NCBI GenBank assembly: GCA_963752595.1
Contig: CAVVYZ010000019.1
Coordinates: 1-64,000 of the forward strand
Source: an uncultured delta proteobacterium
GTDB taxonomy: Bacteria; Desulfobacterota; Desulfomonilia; UBA1062
Direction: 5' to 3'
DNA length: 64,000 bases
Made by a program: the position numbers and the translations under genes. This document shows positions 30,634 to 42,500 of this stretch, in pieces (the first letter of the stretch is position 1; each line of letters begins with the position of its first letter). The notes under the pieces were generated by a model. That model ran no database searches. It saw only the letters and a list, made by a program, of their open reading frames with translations, and was not told where the DNA came from.

Positions 30634-31776
30634 ATGAACCAGTCAGCACTTGCAGCACAAAACGAAGAGCTCAAGGCGTTCAACGACCTGGCACACAGCT
30701 TTGCAAAAAAAGAGCTCTTGAAGCATGTACTCGATCATGAATATCCCTATGCCCGTGATGTGACCGAGACGATAGAGACGGCCAACGAAGCCGGGCTGTT
30801 CGGCATAAACCTGCCTTTGGATTGGGGCGGCACCGGGCTGAATGCACCTGCCCTTGCCGGCATCGTGGAAAGGATCAGCGCCATAGATGCAGGCATAGCA
30901 GGTATGATCTTTACCCATGCCGCAGCCCTTGAAATCATAGCAACCGCCGCAGAGTCCGATGGAGAGAACTGCCGGTCCATCTACCAGCCGGCTGCCGGTC
31001 CGGAGGGCGTCCCTCTGGCATTCCAGTCCTATGTCTCGCCCGATGAAATGGATTTCCCCGAAGTCAGTGGGGAGGGCAGGCATCTGCTGAGCGGCCACCT
31101 GCCGTTTCTCGTGCTCGGAGGTATGGCCCGGTATGCGGTCGCAGCCGGAGCCCGGCAGAACGGCAAAGGATTTTCCTACTATCTCATCGATCTGACCGGA
31201 GAAGGCGTAACGAAGTCAGGCCCGCTCCTCACGCTGGGCTTTCAGGCCTGCCAGGCCGTCGACGTCACCCTGAAGGATGTCCCGGCCCAGCTGATAGGGG
31301 CTGAAGGCGATGGCGGGATCTATTTCCGGAAGATGCAGCTCCGCATGTCCATACCGGCTGCGGCAATATCGCTAGGCATCATGGAGGGTTCATTCAAAGA
31401 GGCCCTTGAATATGCCGGGCAGCGCTATCAGGGGGGCCGCAACATCGTGGAGTGGTCCGGGGTCCGCATGAAGCTCGCCGAGATCGCCATCCGGATCGAT
31501 GTGGCCAAGAGCTGCCTGTCCGGAATCCGCTCTGCATGCGATGAGTCCTCCCCTGATGGAAACGGGGCTGCCATTGCGGCGGCGATCCACATAAGCGACC
31601 TGGCCTGCAGCGCAACGTCCGAAGGCGTCCAGCTGCTGGGAGGCAACGGATACATGAAAGACTACGGCCAGGAAAAGAGGATGCGGGACGCACGGCAGGC
31701 AAGATCCCTGCTGGGCATGAGCGGCTTGAAAAAGATGAACTATATCGGGAGAATCATCGAGGAGGCGAATGTATGA
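30634..31776 (+). CDS. acyl-CoA dehydrogenase family subunit (degenerate active site)
   Basis: GVQLLGGNGYMKDYGQEKRMRDA; lacks IYEGT and TEP motifs. Confidence 0.88.
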   Translation: MNQSALAAQNEELKAFNDLAHSFAKKELLKHVLDHEYPYARDVTETIETANEAGLFGINLPLDWGGTGLNAPALAGIVERISAIDAGIAGMIFTHAAALEIIATAAESDGENCRSIYQPAAGPEGVPLAFQSYVSPDEMDFPEVSGEGRHLLSGHLPFLVLGGMARYAVAAGARQNGKGFSYYLIDLTGEGVTKSGPLLTLGFQACQAVDVTLKDVPAQLIGAEGDGGIYFRKMQLRMSIPAAAISLGIMEGSFKEALEYAGQRYQGGRNIVEWSGVRMKLAEIAIRIDVAKSCLSGIRSACDESSPDGNGAAIAAAIHISDLACSATSEGVQLLGGNGYMKDYGQEKRMRDARQARSLLGMSGLKKMNYIGRIIEEANV

Positions 31777-32552
31777 AAAAGGGCATACTGGATACAAACA
31801 ATTTTTTCAAAGGCCTGGATCAGATCGAGCACCCGGACTATGATGTCAAGCTGCCGATCTTCTATTATGACAACACTGCCATGAGCGCCATCTACACGGC
31901 CTCTACCAGAAAGGTGAGAAAGTACCTCCCAACATCGGACATGCACCCTGTCGAGATGTTCCCGGGCAGATGCCTGATGGTGTTTACCGCCTTCGAGTAC
32001 CGCAAGACGGATATCGATCCATACAATGAATTCAGCATCAGCGCCGTCATATCCTACGGCAAGAGGTCCATTCCTGGATTGACCTCCCTTTCGTATATGC
32101 TTAAGGACTGTTTCACCGCCTACATACTCCACCTTCCCGTAACCTCCGAGAGGGCGCGCCGTGGAGGGGTCGAGATGGCAGGATATCCGAAATTCATTGC
32201 CGACATCTCCTTTACCCAGGAGAAAGGATACACCACGTGCACGGTAGCGGAGAATGGCCGGAGGATCCTGGCGCTGAGGGGAAAGAACACAAAAACATCA
32301 CGGGGCAGGCTTACGAAGTATATCATCCACACCATGAAGGATGGTATTCCGCTGAAGGCGAATCTCTATATAAACCCCATCCAGTACCGCCAGACAATCG
32401 GATTCGGCGCAGCCAGGCTGGATATCGGAAGCGGCCACAGGATATGCACCGAGCTGCGTGATATGGGATTGAGCAGACTGCCGGTCCTGTATCAGTACAT
32501 GCCGTCTTATGAGGCAATCCTTTTCAATTCAAAGAATCTCATCGACGATTAG
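31773..32552 (+). CDS. acetoacetate decarboxylase family protein
   Basis: FEYRKTDIDPYNE, LPVT..ARRGGVEMAGYPK. Confidence 0.85.
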   Translation: MKKGILDTNNFFKGLDQIEHPDYDVKLPIFYYDNTAMSAIYTASTRKVRKYLPTSDMHPVEMFPGRCLMVFTAFEYRKTDIDPYNEFSISAVISYGKRSIPGLTSLSYMLKDCFTAYILHLPVTSERARRGGVEMAGYPKFIADISFTQEKGYTTCTVAENGRRILALRGKNTKTSRGRLTKYIIHTMKDGIPLKANLYINPIQYRQTIGFGAARLDIGSGHRICTELRDMGLSRLPVLYQYMPSYEAILFNSKNLIDD

Positions 32553-32564
32553 GGGGTTTGTGCC

Positions 32565-33417
32565 ATGGGAAAGAGAGACCTGAGTGGAAAAACGGCGGTC
32601 ATCACCGGGGCAGCGTCGGGAATAGGAAGAGCGCTGGCGCTCGCATTGGCAAAAGAGCGGTGCACCATACTCCTGGCCGATATCAATGAGGCAGGGCTGA
32701 AAGCAGACATCCGAGATGGTACGGCAGTCGGGGGGCAACGGAGAGGTATACTTTTGCGACGTATCCAAACTCGACGATGTCATGCGGATGGCAGACCATT
32801 GCTTCGATGCGTGGGGCAAGGTGGACATCCTCATCAACAACGCAGGTGTTGCCTCAATCGGATTCATGGGCGACATCCCGATCAAGGATTGGGAATGGAT
32901 TGTTTCGATCAACTTCTGGGGCGTCGTGTACGGCTGTCACGCCTTTGTCCCGAGGATGAAGAAACAGGAAAGCGGGTACATCGTGAACGTGGCATCCGCT
33001 GCCGGCATCCTCTCATCCGCTGAAATGGCCCCGTACAATGCGACAAAGGCCGCGGTCATCTCACTGACAGAGACGCTCAAGAGCGAGCTCGCCCCGCATA
33101 ACATCGGGGTGACGGTGACCTGCCCGACATTCATCAAGACAAATCTCATGGAGAAGATGAGATTCACGGACGAGTTCCAGAGGCAATGTTCAACGACAGG
33201 CGTGGACAATGCGAGGTGGACACCCGAGATGATTGCCGATCTGGTGATCGATGCTATGAAAAAAAACAAGATGTATGTGGTTCCGCAGGCGGCAGCGAAG
33301 ATATTCTGGATATCCAAACGCATATCCCCTTCTGCCTTCTTCGGCTTCCTCGCATTTCTGATGCGTATGGGATGGGGGAGGAATTTGATGTTCCAGCTGG
33401 CGAAGCTGGGGTTCTGA
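32565..33417 (+). CDS. short-chain dehydrogenase/reductase (frameshift near 32710)
   Basis: TGAASGIG, NNAG, YNATK. Confidence 0.92.
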
Positions 33418-33455
33418 GGATTCTTGCAAAAAGGGAAGAATTGACTAAATATTTG

Positions 33456-33517
33456 GGGGTCAGGTCTTGATTCTTACTTCGACGGCTTTACCTTTGCAAA
33501 AAGCAAGACCTGACCCC
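33456..33517. repeat. REP-like inverted repeat with perfect 14-bp arms
   Basis: GGGGTCAGGTCTTG ... CAAGACCTGACCCC. Confidence 0.8.
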
Positions 33518-33553
33518 ATGACCTGCATTGACTTGGGGAAATTTATCTATTAT

Positions 33554-33568
33554 TATTGTAATACAATA
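33554..33568. promoter_or_regulatory. palindromic operator TATTGTAATACAATA
   Basis: 7-bp arms around a central base, upstream of the CoA ligase; core TGTAATACA recurs at 3040-3048. Confidence 0.5.
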
Positions 33569-33632
33569 TTACTTTGCAATGCATCCATGATGCTTTTCCT
33601 TAGCAATACCATTTGAGAGAAGAGGAGGATCT

Positions 33633-35324
33633 ATGCCTTTTGAGAAAGTATGGCACAAGCAATACAATCCGGCCACCCCATCCGAGGTGACCTTCGAGAC
33701 GGTCACCATGCCGGAAGCCCTTTCAAGGACTGCCAGGGACTTTCCTCACGTACCGGGCCTGGTCTTTCTGGGCAAGAAGATATCTTACCGGGAGCTCGAA
33801 GTGCTGGTGAACAGGTTTGCCCGCGCGCTCTCCGACCTGGGGGTAAAAAAAGGGGACAAGGTCGCCATGCTGCTTCCCAACATCCCGCAGGTGGTGATCG
33901 CCAATTACGCGACCTTCAGGATCGGCGCCGTAGCATCGATGAACAATCCCCTCTACACCGAGCGGGAGCTTATCCACCAGCTCAACGACTCGGATGCTCA
34001 CGTGCTCGTGACGCTGGACCTCCTTCTGCCCCGGGCAACGAAGGTGAAGCCCTTCACGAAGATCGAAAGCATCGTCACCTGTCATATCAGCGATTACCTT
34101 CCCTTCCCCAAGAAGCAGCTCTTCAGGTATGTGAAGAAAGACATGTACAAGGAGATTTATCCTGAGCCCGGCGTGTTCCAGTTCATGGATCTCATAAGGA
34201 AATACCCGAACACCCCGGTGCCGAACGCGGCTGGGTGGGACGAAGTCGGTGCTCTCATCTATACCGGCGGCACGACAGGGGTGAGCAAGGGGGTCATGCT
34301 CACCCATGCGAACATGTCCTGCAATGTCCAACAGCTCCAGGCATGGTTCCCTGATATGGTAGAAGGCAAGGACAGCATGCTTGCCGTGTTCCCGTTCTTC
34401 CACTCCGCAGGGTTCACCGGAATGCAGAACCTCTGTATATACTGCGGCTGTACCGATATCCTGGTGCCCAGGCCCGAGCCGGGCATCATCATCGAGAACT
34501 TAAGGAAGTTCAAACCGACCTATCTTCCGGGTGTGCCGACCATTTTCGTAGGCCTTCTCAACGACAAGCGGTTCCTGTCGATGAACTTACGATTCATCAA
34601 AGGCTTTATTGCAGGTGCTGCGCCCCTGGCTGTGGAAACGATCAAGGAGCTCAAACGGCTGACCGGGGGCGATATCATCAATGTCTACGGGCTCACCGAG
34701 ATATCGCCCATGGGCACCGCATCTCCCTGGAAGGGGGGCACGAAGCCGGGAACCGTTGGCATCCCGCTGCCGAACACCGACCTGAAGATCGTGGATGTGG
34801 ATGACAGCTCAAAGGAGATGGAGCAGGGGCAGGCGGGCGAGATTGTTTTCAGCGGCCCCCAGGTCATGAAGGGATATTACAAACGGCCCGATGAGACCGC
34901 TGCCGTTCTCAAGGACGGATGGCTCTACACAGGCGATATCGGATTTCTCGACGGAGACGGCTATCTGACCATCGTGGACCGCAAGAAAGACATGATCGTT
35001 GCGAGCGGATACAATGTGTTTCCGCAGGAGATCGACGAAATACTGTTCGAGCACCCGAAGATCCTGGAGGCGTGCACCATCGGGATACCGGATGCCTATC
35101 GCGGGGAGGCCCCGAAGGTGTATGTGGTCCTGAAAGAAGGCCAGAGACTGGCCGCTGAAGAGATCATTGCTTTCTGCAAGGAGAAGCTCGCGCCCTACAA
35201 GGTACCCCATCAGATCGAATTCATCGATGCCCTTCCTAAGAGCGCTGTCGGCAAGGTCCTGCGGCGGGAGCTGAAAGAGCTCGACAGGAAGAAGCGGGAA
35301 GAGCGCCAGGGCATGTCAGCATAA
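33633..35324 (+). CDS. fadD: long-chain-fatty-acid--CoA ligase
   Basis: YTGGTTGVSKG, YGLTE, TGD, DRKKD, LPKSAVGK. Confidence 0.93.
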   Translation: MPFEKVWHKQYNPATPSEVTFETVTMPEALSRTARDFPHVPGLVFLGKKISYRELEVLVNRFARALSDLGVKKGDKVAMLLPNIPQVVIANYATFRIGAVASMNNPLYTERELIHQLNDSDAHVLVTLDLLLPRATKVKPFTKIESIVTCHISDYLPFPKKQLFRYVKKDMYKEIYPEPGVFQFMDLIRKYPNTPVPNAAGWDEVGALIYTGGTTGVSKGVMLTHANMSCNVQQLQAWFPDMVEGKDSMLAVFPFFHSAGFTGMQNLCIYCGCTDILVPRPEPGIIIENLRKFKPTYLPGVPTIFVGLLNDKRFLSMNLRFIKGFIAGAAPLAVETIKELKRLTGGDIINVYGLTEISPMGTASPWKGGTKPGTVGIPLPNTDLKIVDVDDSSKEMEQGQAGEIVFSGPQVMKGYYKRPDETAAVLKDGWLYTGDIGFLDGDGYLTIVDRKKDMIVASGYNVFPQEIDEILFEHPKILEACTIGIPDAYRGEAPKVYVVLKEGQRLAAEEIIAFCKEKLAPYKVPHQIEFIDALPKSAVGKVLRRELKELDRKKREERQGMSA

Positions 35325-35688
35325 GGTGCAAAAGGGTCAGACCATGTTCGTCACCGTGCAATCGCCCGCCGCGCAGATCAATACCACCGCGGTCAACAGG
35401 CCGCCGGCGACAAGGCGTCTGTCTCGGGCACCCTGATCAAACCTTCGGCTGCGGACCCGGTGCACCTGGGCGAGGGTGTGTCGGGACTCATCTGGGACTA
35501 CTAGAGGAGTTTAGCTCCTTGGGAGTTTCAGGGTCAGGTCCTGCTTTTTGCATACTTTCTAAAAAACGGTAATTGACTGATTTTGAAATGTATGCAAGCT
35601 TTCTATAAATAATGATAGGTCTACTCTGGTTGCAACAGTAACCGCGTTGCGAAAAGATGGTTTGGACAACAGAAAAAGGAGAGATGTG

Positions 35689-35802
35689 ATGGGAGATAAG
35701 GGCGGCAAGAAAGATAAGGAAAAGGGTCAGAAACAGAACGCCGAAAAACAGAAACAAAATTTAAAAAACAAGCTGGATAAGCAGCCCAAAAAAAAGGTTT
35801 GA
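35689..35802 (+). CDS. 37-aa lysine-rich small protein (below ORF-track cutoff)
   Basis: AAGGAG RBS; MGDKGGKKDKEKGQKQNAEKQKQNLKNKLDKQPKKKV*. Confidence 0.6.
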   Translation: MGDKGGKKDKEKGQKQNAEKQKQNLKNKLDKQPKKKV

Positions 35803-36280
35803 TAGAAATATAAAAGCTGAGGCTGTTGAAACCTGTGCAGAGAAGCACTCCATATCAAAGTGTGCCTCCAGCACAAAATCTTCACCTTGCCGGCCTGATC
35901 TCCAGAGATGTTATTGGTTATGCCAACGAGACTTCATCTTGTGTCGTTCTGCTGCTTCTTTTATCATTTGAAGTCTCTCGAGTCGGTTCTGCAATCTGTC
36001 GACTTTCTTTTCCGGTATGTTTGTCTTGGTAGTTTTGGCGCTCATCGGTATTTACTCCTATTAATCTGTACAGCAGGCCTGCTCCGGCTATCATTGCTTC
36101 ATGTTGCTCGTCTGTCAGGAAAGGGGGAGCCTTTCATAGTCAGACTTACCACGCAGGGAAAATTCCTTGAGAGAGTGACGAACTCTTTGATGGAAAATCC
36201 AGGTATTCTTCATACTCGCACACTATAGTTTTAATAAGCAACAATATAATTTTTAATAGTTAAAGAGAATCTTTCCGGAA

Positions 36281-36730
36281 TTGATCAAGCCCCTTCCCCT
36301 TTCTTTTACCAAGTCTACATCGAAGCGTGTCGCACGGGTGCGTGATGCTTCCGGCAACCCCGTCAGCGCCTCGACGATTTCCACGACGGTCAACGGGCGA
36401 TCCGTGAGCCGGCTGACAAATGCCCAGGGGAATGCGTCCTTCAGCAACATCGCAGTCGGACAATATTCATATTCTGTCAGCAAGGCAGGCTATTATTCTC
36501 CGCTCTCCAATATGGCATTGTCCATCACTGGCGGTGTCACAACTGCAAGTAAATACGTCTTGTTCCAATACGGGAAAGCCAAGGTCAAGGTGAAGTTCGT
36601 ATGCCAGAAGCTTGGCGATTACATTGTCAGCGTCAACAAAGCCGGTTACATCGGTAGTTCAAAGGATGTACATGCAGTCAATATGGGCATGGCTTATGAT
36701 CTTACGATGGAGATGCCTGCTGCGCAGTAG
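36281..36730 (+). pseudogene. carboxypeptidase-regulatory-like (prealbumin-fold) repeat fragment
   Basis: VRDASGNPVSA..TNAQGNASFSNIAVGQYSYSVSKAGY; no credible start or signal peptide. Confidence 0.55.
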
Positions 36731-36748
36731 GTCAGATTTATCGTCAGC

Positions 36749-37492
36749 CTACTGGCTGCTTTTCCCGAAGACTTCCTTGAGGAGCTCGGTCGTGCGGGCA
36801 GCAGGATCGTTCCGTATTTTCTTTTCCTCCTGGCCGACCATATAGAACAAGCCATCCAGGGCCTTGTTGGTCACATACCGGTCCAGGTCCAGGGATTCCC
36901 TGTTCGCCAGGGGAAGCAGGGAAAGGTATTTTTCATTCAACGCCTTGTATTGCCGGGTGACACCCACGGCATCCATGCTGGAGGATATTTCCGGCCTGAA
37001 GGCCTGAGCAAGACCCGAGGAGGTCTTTGTCCTGAAATAATCCGTTGCAGCGGTTGACGGCCCGTTGAGAATCCTGGTCGCGTCCTGGAAGGTCATCTCC
37101 CTGACAGCACTTATGAAGACGGCCTTTGCCTTGGGCGCCGCCCTTTCGGCGGCCCGGTTCATGCTGAGGACGAAGGCATCCACCTCACTCCCGAGCCCGG
37201 CCTTCCTGAGCACTTCGCAGGTCAGTCGAATATCTTCGGGCAAAGGGATCTTGATGGCACCATTACCGAAATAGCCGTTCTGTGTTCCAACCAGGCTGAC
37301 CGCAGAGCCTGTCCCTACGGACAGGACCTCCCTGAGCCCGGATATCACCGTCCCCTCATCAAGTGAAAGGGATGGCTGTGATGTCGCAGGCCCGAGAAAG
37401 ATATTCAGTAAATCCTCCAGGAAACCGGCCTGTGCGTTCGGGGCAGTGGTCAACATGAGGACGAGGGATATTAACATTATTCTCAGTTTCAT
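36749..37492 (-). CDS. DUF4197 family exported protein
   Basis: [51 protein letters not shown]. Confidence 0.9.
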   Translation of the reverse strand: MKLRIMLISLVLMLTTAPNAQAGFLEDLLNIFLGPATSQPSLSLDEGTVISGLREVLSVGTGSAVSLVGTQNGYFGNGAIKIPLPEDIRLTCEVLRKAGLGSEVDAFVLSMNRAAERAAPKAKAVFISAVREMTFQDATRILNGPSTAATDYFRTKTSSGLAQAFRPEISSSMDAVGVTRQYKALNEKYLSLLPLANRESLDLDRYVTNKALDGLFYMVGQEEKKIRNDPAARTTELLKEVFGKSSQ

Positions 37493-37529
37493 TCTCCGTC
37501 ATTTACAGGGACACAAAAACTTAGATAGT

Positions 37530-37982
37530 TCATTTGGGCTGCGGTGCTTCGAACCATTTTCTCTCAGATGGTATCCAATCGGCCAAGTTATCAATGGTAT
37601 TTGCAAATGAAATTTTGTTTTTCAAGGAACATTGCCAGATAATAGCAATTCGCCACCCAAGTCCTTCTAGTTCCCTGTTTTTATCCTTGTCCCTTTTTCG
37701 TGTTTCAGCTATTTTCTTGCGCCAAAATTCAGCCCTTGTTGATGGGAGGCTACTTGCCTTACACCCATGGTGACCATGCCAGAAGCAACCGTGTACAAAA
37801 ATAACCGCCCTGTATTTTGGTAATACTATATCAGGTTGCCCAGGTAGCAATTTCAAGTGAAGCCGAAAGCGGAAACCTTTCCTGTGTAACTGTGAACGTA
37901 CCATTCTCTCAATTTTTGTGTTCTTATCATGTATCTTTGACATCACACGACTACGCTGCTCTGGTGATAGGATATCTGTCAT
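37530..37982 (-). CDS. vsr: very short patch repair endonuclease
   Basis: D..SPEQRSRVMSKI, NTKIE, PGQPDI, FVHGCFWHGH, GWRIAIIWQC. Confidence 0.96.
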   Translation of the reverse strand: MTDILSPEQRSRVMSKIHDKNTKIERMVRSQLHRKGFRFRLHLKLLPGQPDIVLPKYRAVIFVHGCFWHGHHGCKASSLPSTRAEFWRKKIAETRKRDKDKNRELEGLGWRIAIIWQCSLKNKISFANTIDNLADWIPSERKWFEAPQPK

Positions 37983-38017
37983 TGCCGTTCCTCACATGTC
38001 ATTATCTTAACATGAAC

Positions 38018-39576
38018 TCAAGTTGGATCTAGCATATCGGCTACATTCTGACGTAACTCATCCAATGCCGGATGAGAAAGAGCAACGGAAGCCATCGTAC
38101 GTCTGACACAATCGATAGGATCTATATTAGTCCTTTGATGCAAGGTATATCCAAGGTCGTGATGATTCAACTCTACTTCGAGTGCTTGCATGTGGGCTTG
38201 TACATCTGCCATGCTGCAACCGAATTCCCACGCAAAATTGGTTTGGTATGTCTCAATTTTAAGCTGGCTTATAACCCACTTTTCAGGAGGCAGACCATTC
38301 CCGGGTAGTATAAGATATGGTGGACTGATATCACTACGCTCAGCCCTCTCGGATCTGATCCATTCCCGGATTTCACCATCGGTACAATCTCCATCAAGTA
38401 CGCAGATATAGTTCATACAAAAACCCGAGCGGTGGTGGGATACACCCTGTTTAATAACCGTGTTGTTGCTACCCACGGGTTGTATTTCTACTCTCAATCT
38501 TAGATGTTCAGGCAGCGCTTTCTCAATGAAGATTTTAGCAACTTCATCTTCACAATAAATCATTAGTTCAGGCTGAAAATGTCCTGTCATCTCATATTTG
38601 GCATATCTGGTTGATGGTTTTTCAATAATATTATGATCGTTCCCTGCCTTTTTAATTAATAGGCGAGCTGGCCTGGGAAGCGAATCCAAGAACACCTCAG
38701 AATGTGTTGAACAAATAATTTGTAAACGTTTTCTACGACAAATTTCTACTAATACTTCGGCGAGACGTTGTTGAGCTTGAGGATGAAGTCCGGCTTCAAT
38801 TTCCTCGATTACGATCAGTCCACCATTTGGTATCTTTTCAAAACAATGGATCAGCGCGATCATACAACTCTCACCGCCGCCCATATTGAACGCAGTATAT
38901 TGACACTCGGCTTGACAGCGAGAAAACGAATATCTAGTACTCTTTTGGATCTCGGCATCTGCGTATGGTTTCCCCATGATGAACGAAAGGTATTCTCGGT
39001 AAGTCCTGTCAAGAGAAGAGCACTCCACATTTTCTGGCAGCGCTTTGAAGGTCGAACGGACTCCGGATATTTCAGAACCTGATAGAATCCTTGCTAAAGG
39101 CAAAAAATCAACATGCCTCTGGGGCCTGCTTTTCATACCGGCCCCACTGTTTCGATGTCTTTTCGAAGGATACAGATACCTCTCGTCCAGAAAGGTAATA
39201 TCTCCATGTGATTTTTACACCTTGGGGAGGAGTCTCCGCCCGGCCCTCCGATAAAAAAATCTGAAAAAGTATATGACGCTTTACTTATTACACGGCGAGC
39301 AGGTGCCGTATTTCCTCTATGGACGAACCATCCACCCGGTGAGTGATGGGCAAGTGCAGCAAGAGCCAATACAGTGCTTTTACCCACTCCATTATTACCA
39401 CAAATCGCGGTAATAGGATATTTAAAGGGAATTATAAGACCGTCAATACCCCGGAGACCTGTTCCCCCGTTAACTTCGATACTATGAAGATAAGGTGTTG
39501 CATTTGTACTCGTTGGTATGTTTCGCCAAAAATTTAATAGGTTCATTTCATCGGCGTTAAGGTGCTTACCCGGCAT
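38018..39576 (-). CDS. OLD-family-like ABC ATPase + TOPRIM nuclease (frameshifted)
   Basis: Walker A CGNNGVGKST, signature FNMGGGE, Walker B VIEEIEAGLHP, H-loop STHS, TOPRIM-like IYCED..A and VLDGD. Confidence 0.85.
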
Positions 39577-42500
39577 CCATTTCCTCCATAATAAGCACCA
39601 TTTCCTCATCATAGCTTTCTTCATAACTCGGAGGGCGAGGAGTTGTTTTGTCAATTTTAAGCCAGCGAGTATATCCAGGACATATCACTCTGAAGTCACA
39701 ACGCTTACAATGGAGGCCATCACAGCCCTTTAATACAAATTTACCTGAATTAATTGACGAGCGGATGTCTTTAACGGCTTCTTTTACTTTTTGCCTTACA
39801 TATTCCAACTCCTTAGGTGATATATCGACTACTACTTTCTCTTCGACTCCAAGATTTAATAGATGGTTATCTGGTGGCTTAGGACTAAGGAAATGTGCCA
39901 CTGCTCTTAATGGATTGTGTCCCAGAGCATGATGGACACCTATGGCATATAAACGAAGCTGTGTCTCTACTTCAGCCTTTTTAATATTATAAGTTTCCTT
40001 ATCCTTCCAGTGGTGTGTCTTGAAATCAACTATTCCTACAGGAATACGTTTTTCCCCATTAGGTGTACGCTCTACATGTTCTAATAAATCAATAGAACCA
40101 CTTATAAGTGCGCCGCTCTCTTCTTCAACAAATTCAAAAGATTTCTCCGTGTCCAATACATATTGAGCAGTATCTGAATACTCTTTCAGGTACCTTTTTA
40201 ATGTTGCCTTAGCAGCCTCTCTGAGTATGGTTAAAGGTTTGCGATATTCACTATCTCGTGTATACCTTAAGTGAAAACGTTCATCGACAAGCTTCATCAA
40301 TGAGTTTTCGGACAAGTATTCACCAGTAAGGGCTTTCTGATGCAATTCAGCAAGAATATTATGGATCTGTTGTCCATATCCATAAGATTCTTTTACTCCA
40401 GGGCCAAACCCCATCATAGATCGTAGTTGATATTCAAACGGACATCTCCAAAAGTAATTCAAATCGGAGTAAGTTGTTGGAAGTAGATCGACATTGGATG
40501 GTGGAGTTGGTTGACCTTTTCTCCGTTCAATAATCTGCCCATTTCTTTGCACACAATCATGATGAATCTCTGTAAAATACTCTGTCGGGCGTTTCCTTGA
40601 ACGATCAAGACTAGTGATGTTTAGAAATTTTCTACATCTGGTAAGAGCAACATACCATAGCCTTCTTTCCCCATCATCACCACCAGCGTAATTACGAGAA
40701 TTAAATAATGATTCATCAAGAAAAGACTCGGGACCACGATTCCTGTAACTACTTGGGAAATTTTGACTAGATACTCTTGGGATAAAAACAACTGGCCATT
40801 CAAGCCCTTTTGCCCCATGAACAGTCATTATTTGCACTGCATTCGGTGTTACTAATTCATCTAAACCGCCCTCATCAACACGACCGACAGCCCATCCCCC
40901 TAAAAACATACATAATGAAATAAGGTCGTTTGGAGTAACCCATTGATGGACTGCCTCAAATTGAGTTATCAACCCACTTAATCTACCAAAGTTGAATAGG
41001 ATATCTTGTTTCCAGGGCTCTTGGCCGGATGCAGCACCAAGTGTCTTAAGCATTTCTTGAAATATTGATTGAGGATATATTCTACGAGCTAGTCTTCCCC
41101 TTTGAGTTTTTTCAAGATTTCTTTTATCTAATTCCTCACGTTTTGATGCCACCCATTCTAGAAAGACAGCTTCGTCTGCATTGGGCATAAAATCATTATC
41201 ACGCAACCAGCGAATATTATCCCTTATGTACTCCCGAATTTCTGGTTCTGTGAGACGGATTAATTTTAAATTATCCTCAAGAATGAAATCGGTACGTGCA
41301 AGAAGGCAAAATGCTGCCTGTATTACTCTGATTTCTACATGGTCGAATAACCCGCCAATACCTTTTACAACAACGGGGATATTACTTTCTCTCAATATAT
41401 CCGCAAAAATTTGACCTGATGATCTGACGCTGCGCAAAAGAATCGCCATGTCCCCAAAATGGATTGCTCTTTCGCTCCCGTCTTTCTCGGTTATAATGCA
41501 GCCTAACAGTTGCTTAATCCTTGTTGCAACCCAACTTGCCTCATCTTTTTCATCAACAAATGTTCGCAATTGAACATCAGTTAATTCTCCCATTGTTTCA
41601 ATGTGATGATCTGATGCTTCATCAAAATGAACGGCTTTCATTGCCTTTGAAATTCGTCTGCCCGTAGGGATTTTTCGAATTGCTTTATTTGCAATTTCTA
41701 CAATTGCGTGTGTGCTTCTAAAATTATATTTTAATTCTAATTTTTTTACTTTTGGATAATGACCATCAAACCATAAAATGTTTTCAATCTTTGCTCCCAC
41801 GCCAGCCGTATATTGCTTGATCATCATCTCCTACTGCTGTCACCCATAGTTTTTTACCGGTGTCGGAGAGGAGTCGTATAAGCTCTTCCTGTCTGTCATC
41901 AACATCTTGATATTCATCAACTATCAGATACTTAAACCGGTTTCGGACTTCCTTCAATTTTATAGGGTTAGCCACTAAAATATTTATTAGCTTTTCAATT
42001 ATGTTATTGTAATCAAAGAAATAATTAGGATATTCATATGCAATTTTTTGATAGCGCTCTATAGTCTTTCTTACATATATATCAGTTATTTGATTTAAAG
42101 CTATATTGTTTTGATGGATTATATTGAGTGAATTTACAAATACTTGGAGAGCATTAAAAAATCCACCTGTCCTTGTACGTAAACGGAGCTTGTCCCAAGC
42201 CAATTCCCTTGTCTACATTAGGATTATATGAGTAATTGGTCATGATCAAAGCTGTTTGACGGGCTTCATCCATTACCTCATATTTCCTAAATGAAGGATC
42301 AATCTCTTTAATAAACCTTAGACAGAAACTATGTATTGTTCCTACGTACATATCTCCAAGGGCTGGTTCATTGGGAAGAAGTCTCTCCAAGTGTTCCCGA
42401 ATCCTTGATTTCAATTCGTGAGCTGCGCGCTCAGTGAAAGTGAACGCAATTATTTCATTGCGTTTTACTCCGTCTTTCACCAAGCCAGCAATTCTGGCAG

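Noticed and set aside
35826-36260. Short ORFs 35826-36032 and 35908-36228
   Set aside because: No RBS, motifs or typical codon pattern; probably degenerate intergenic DNA
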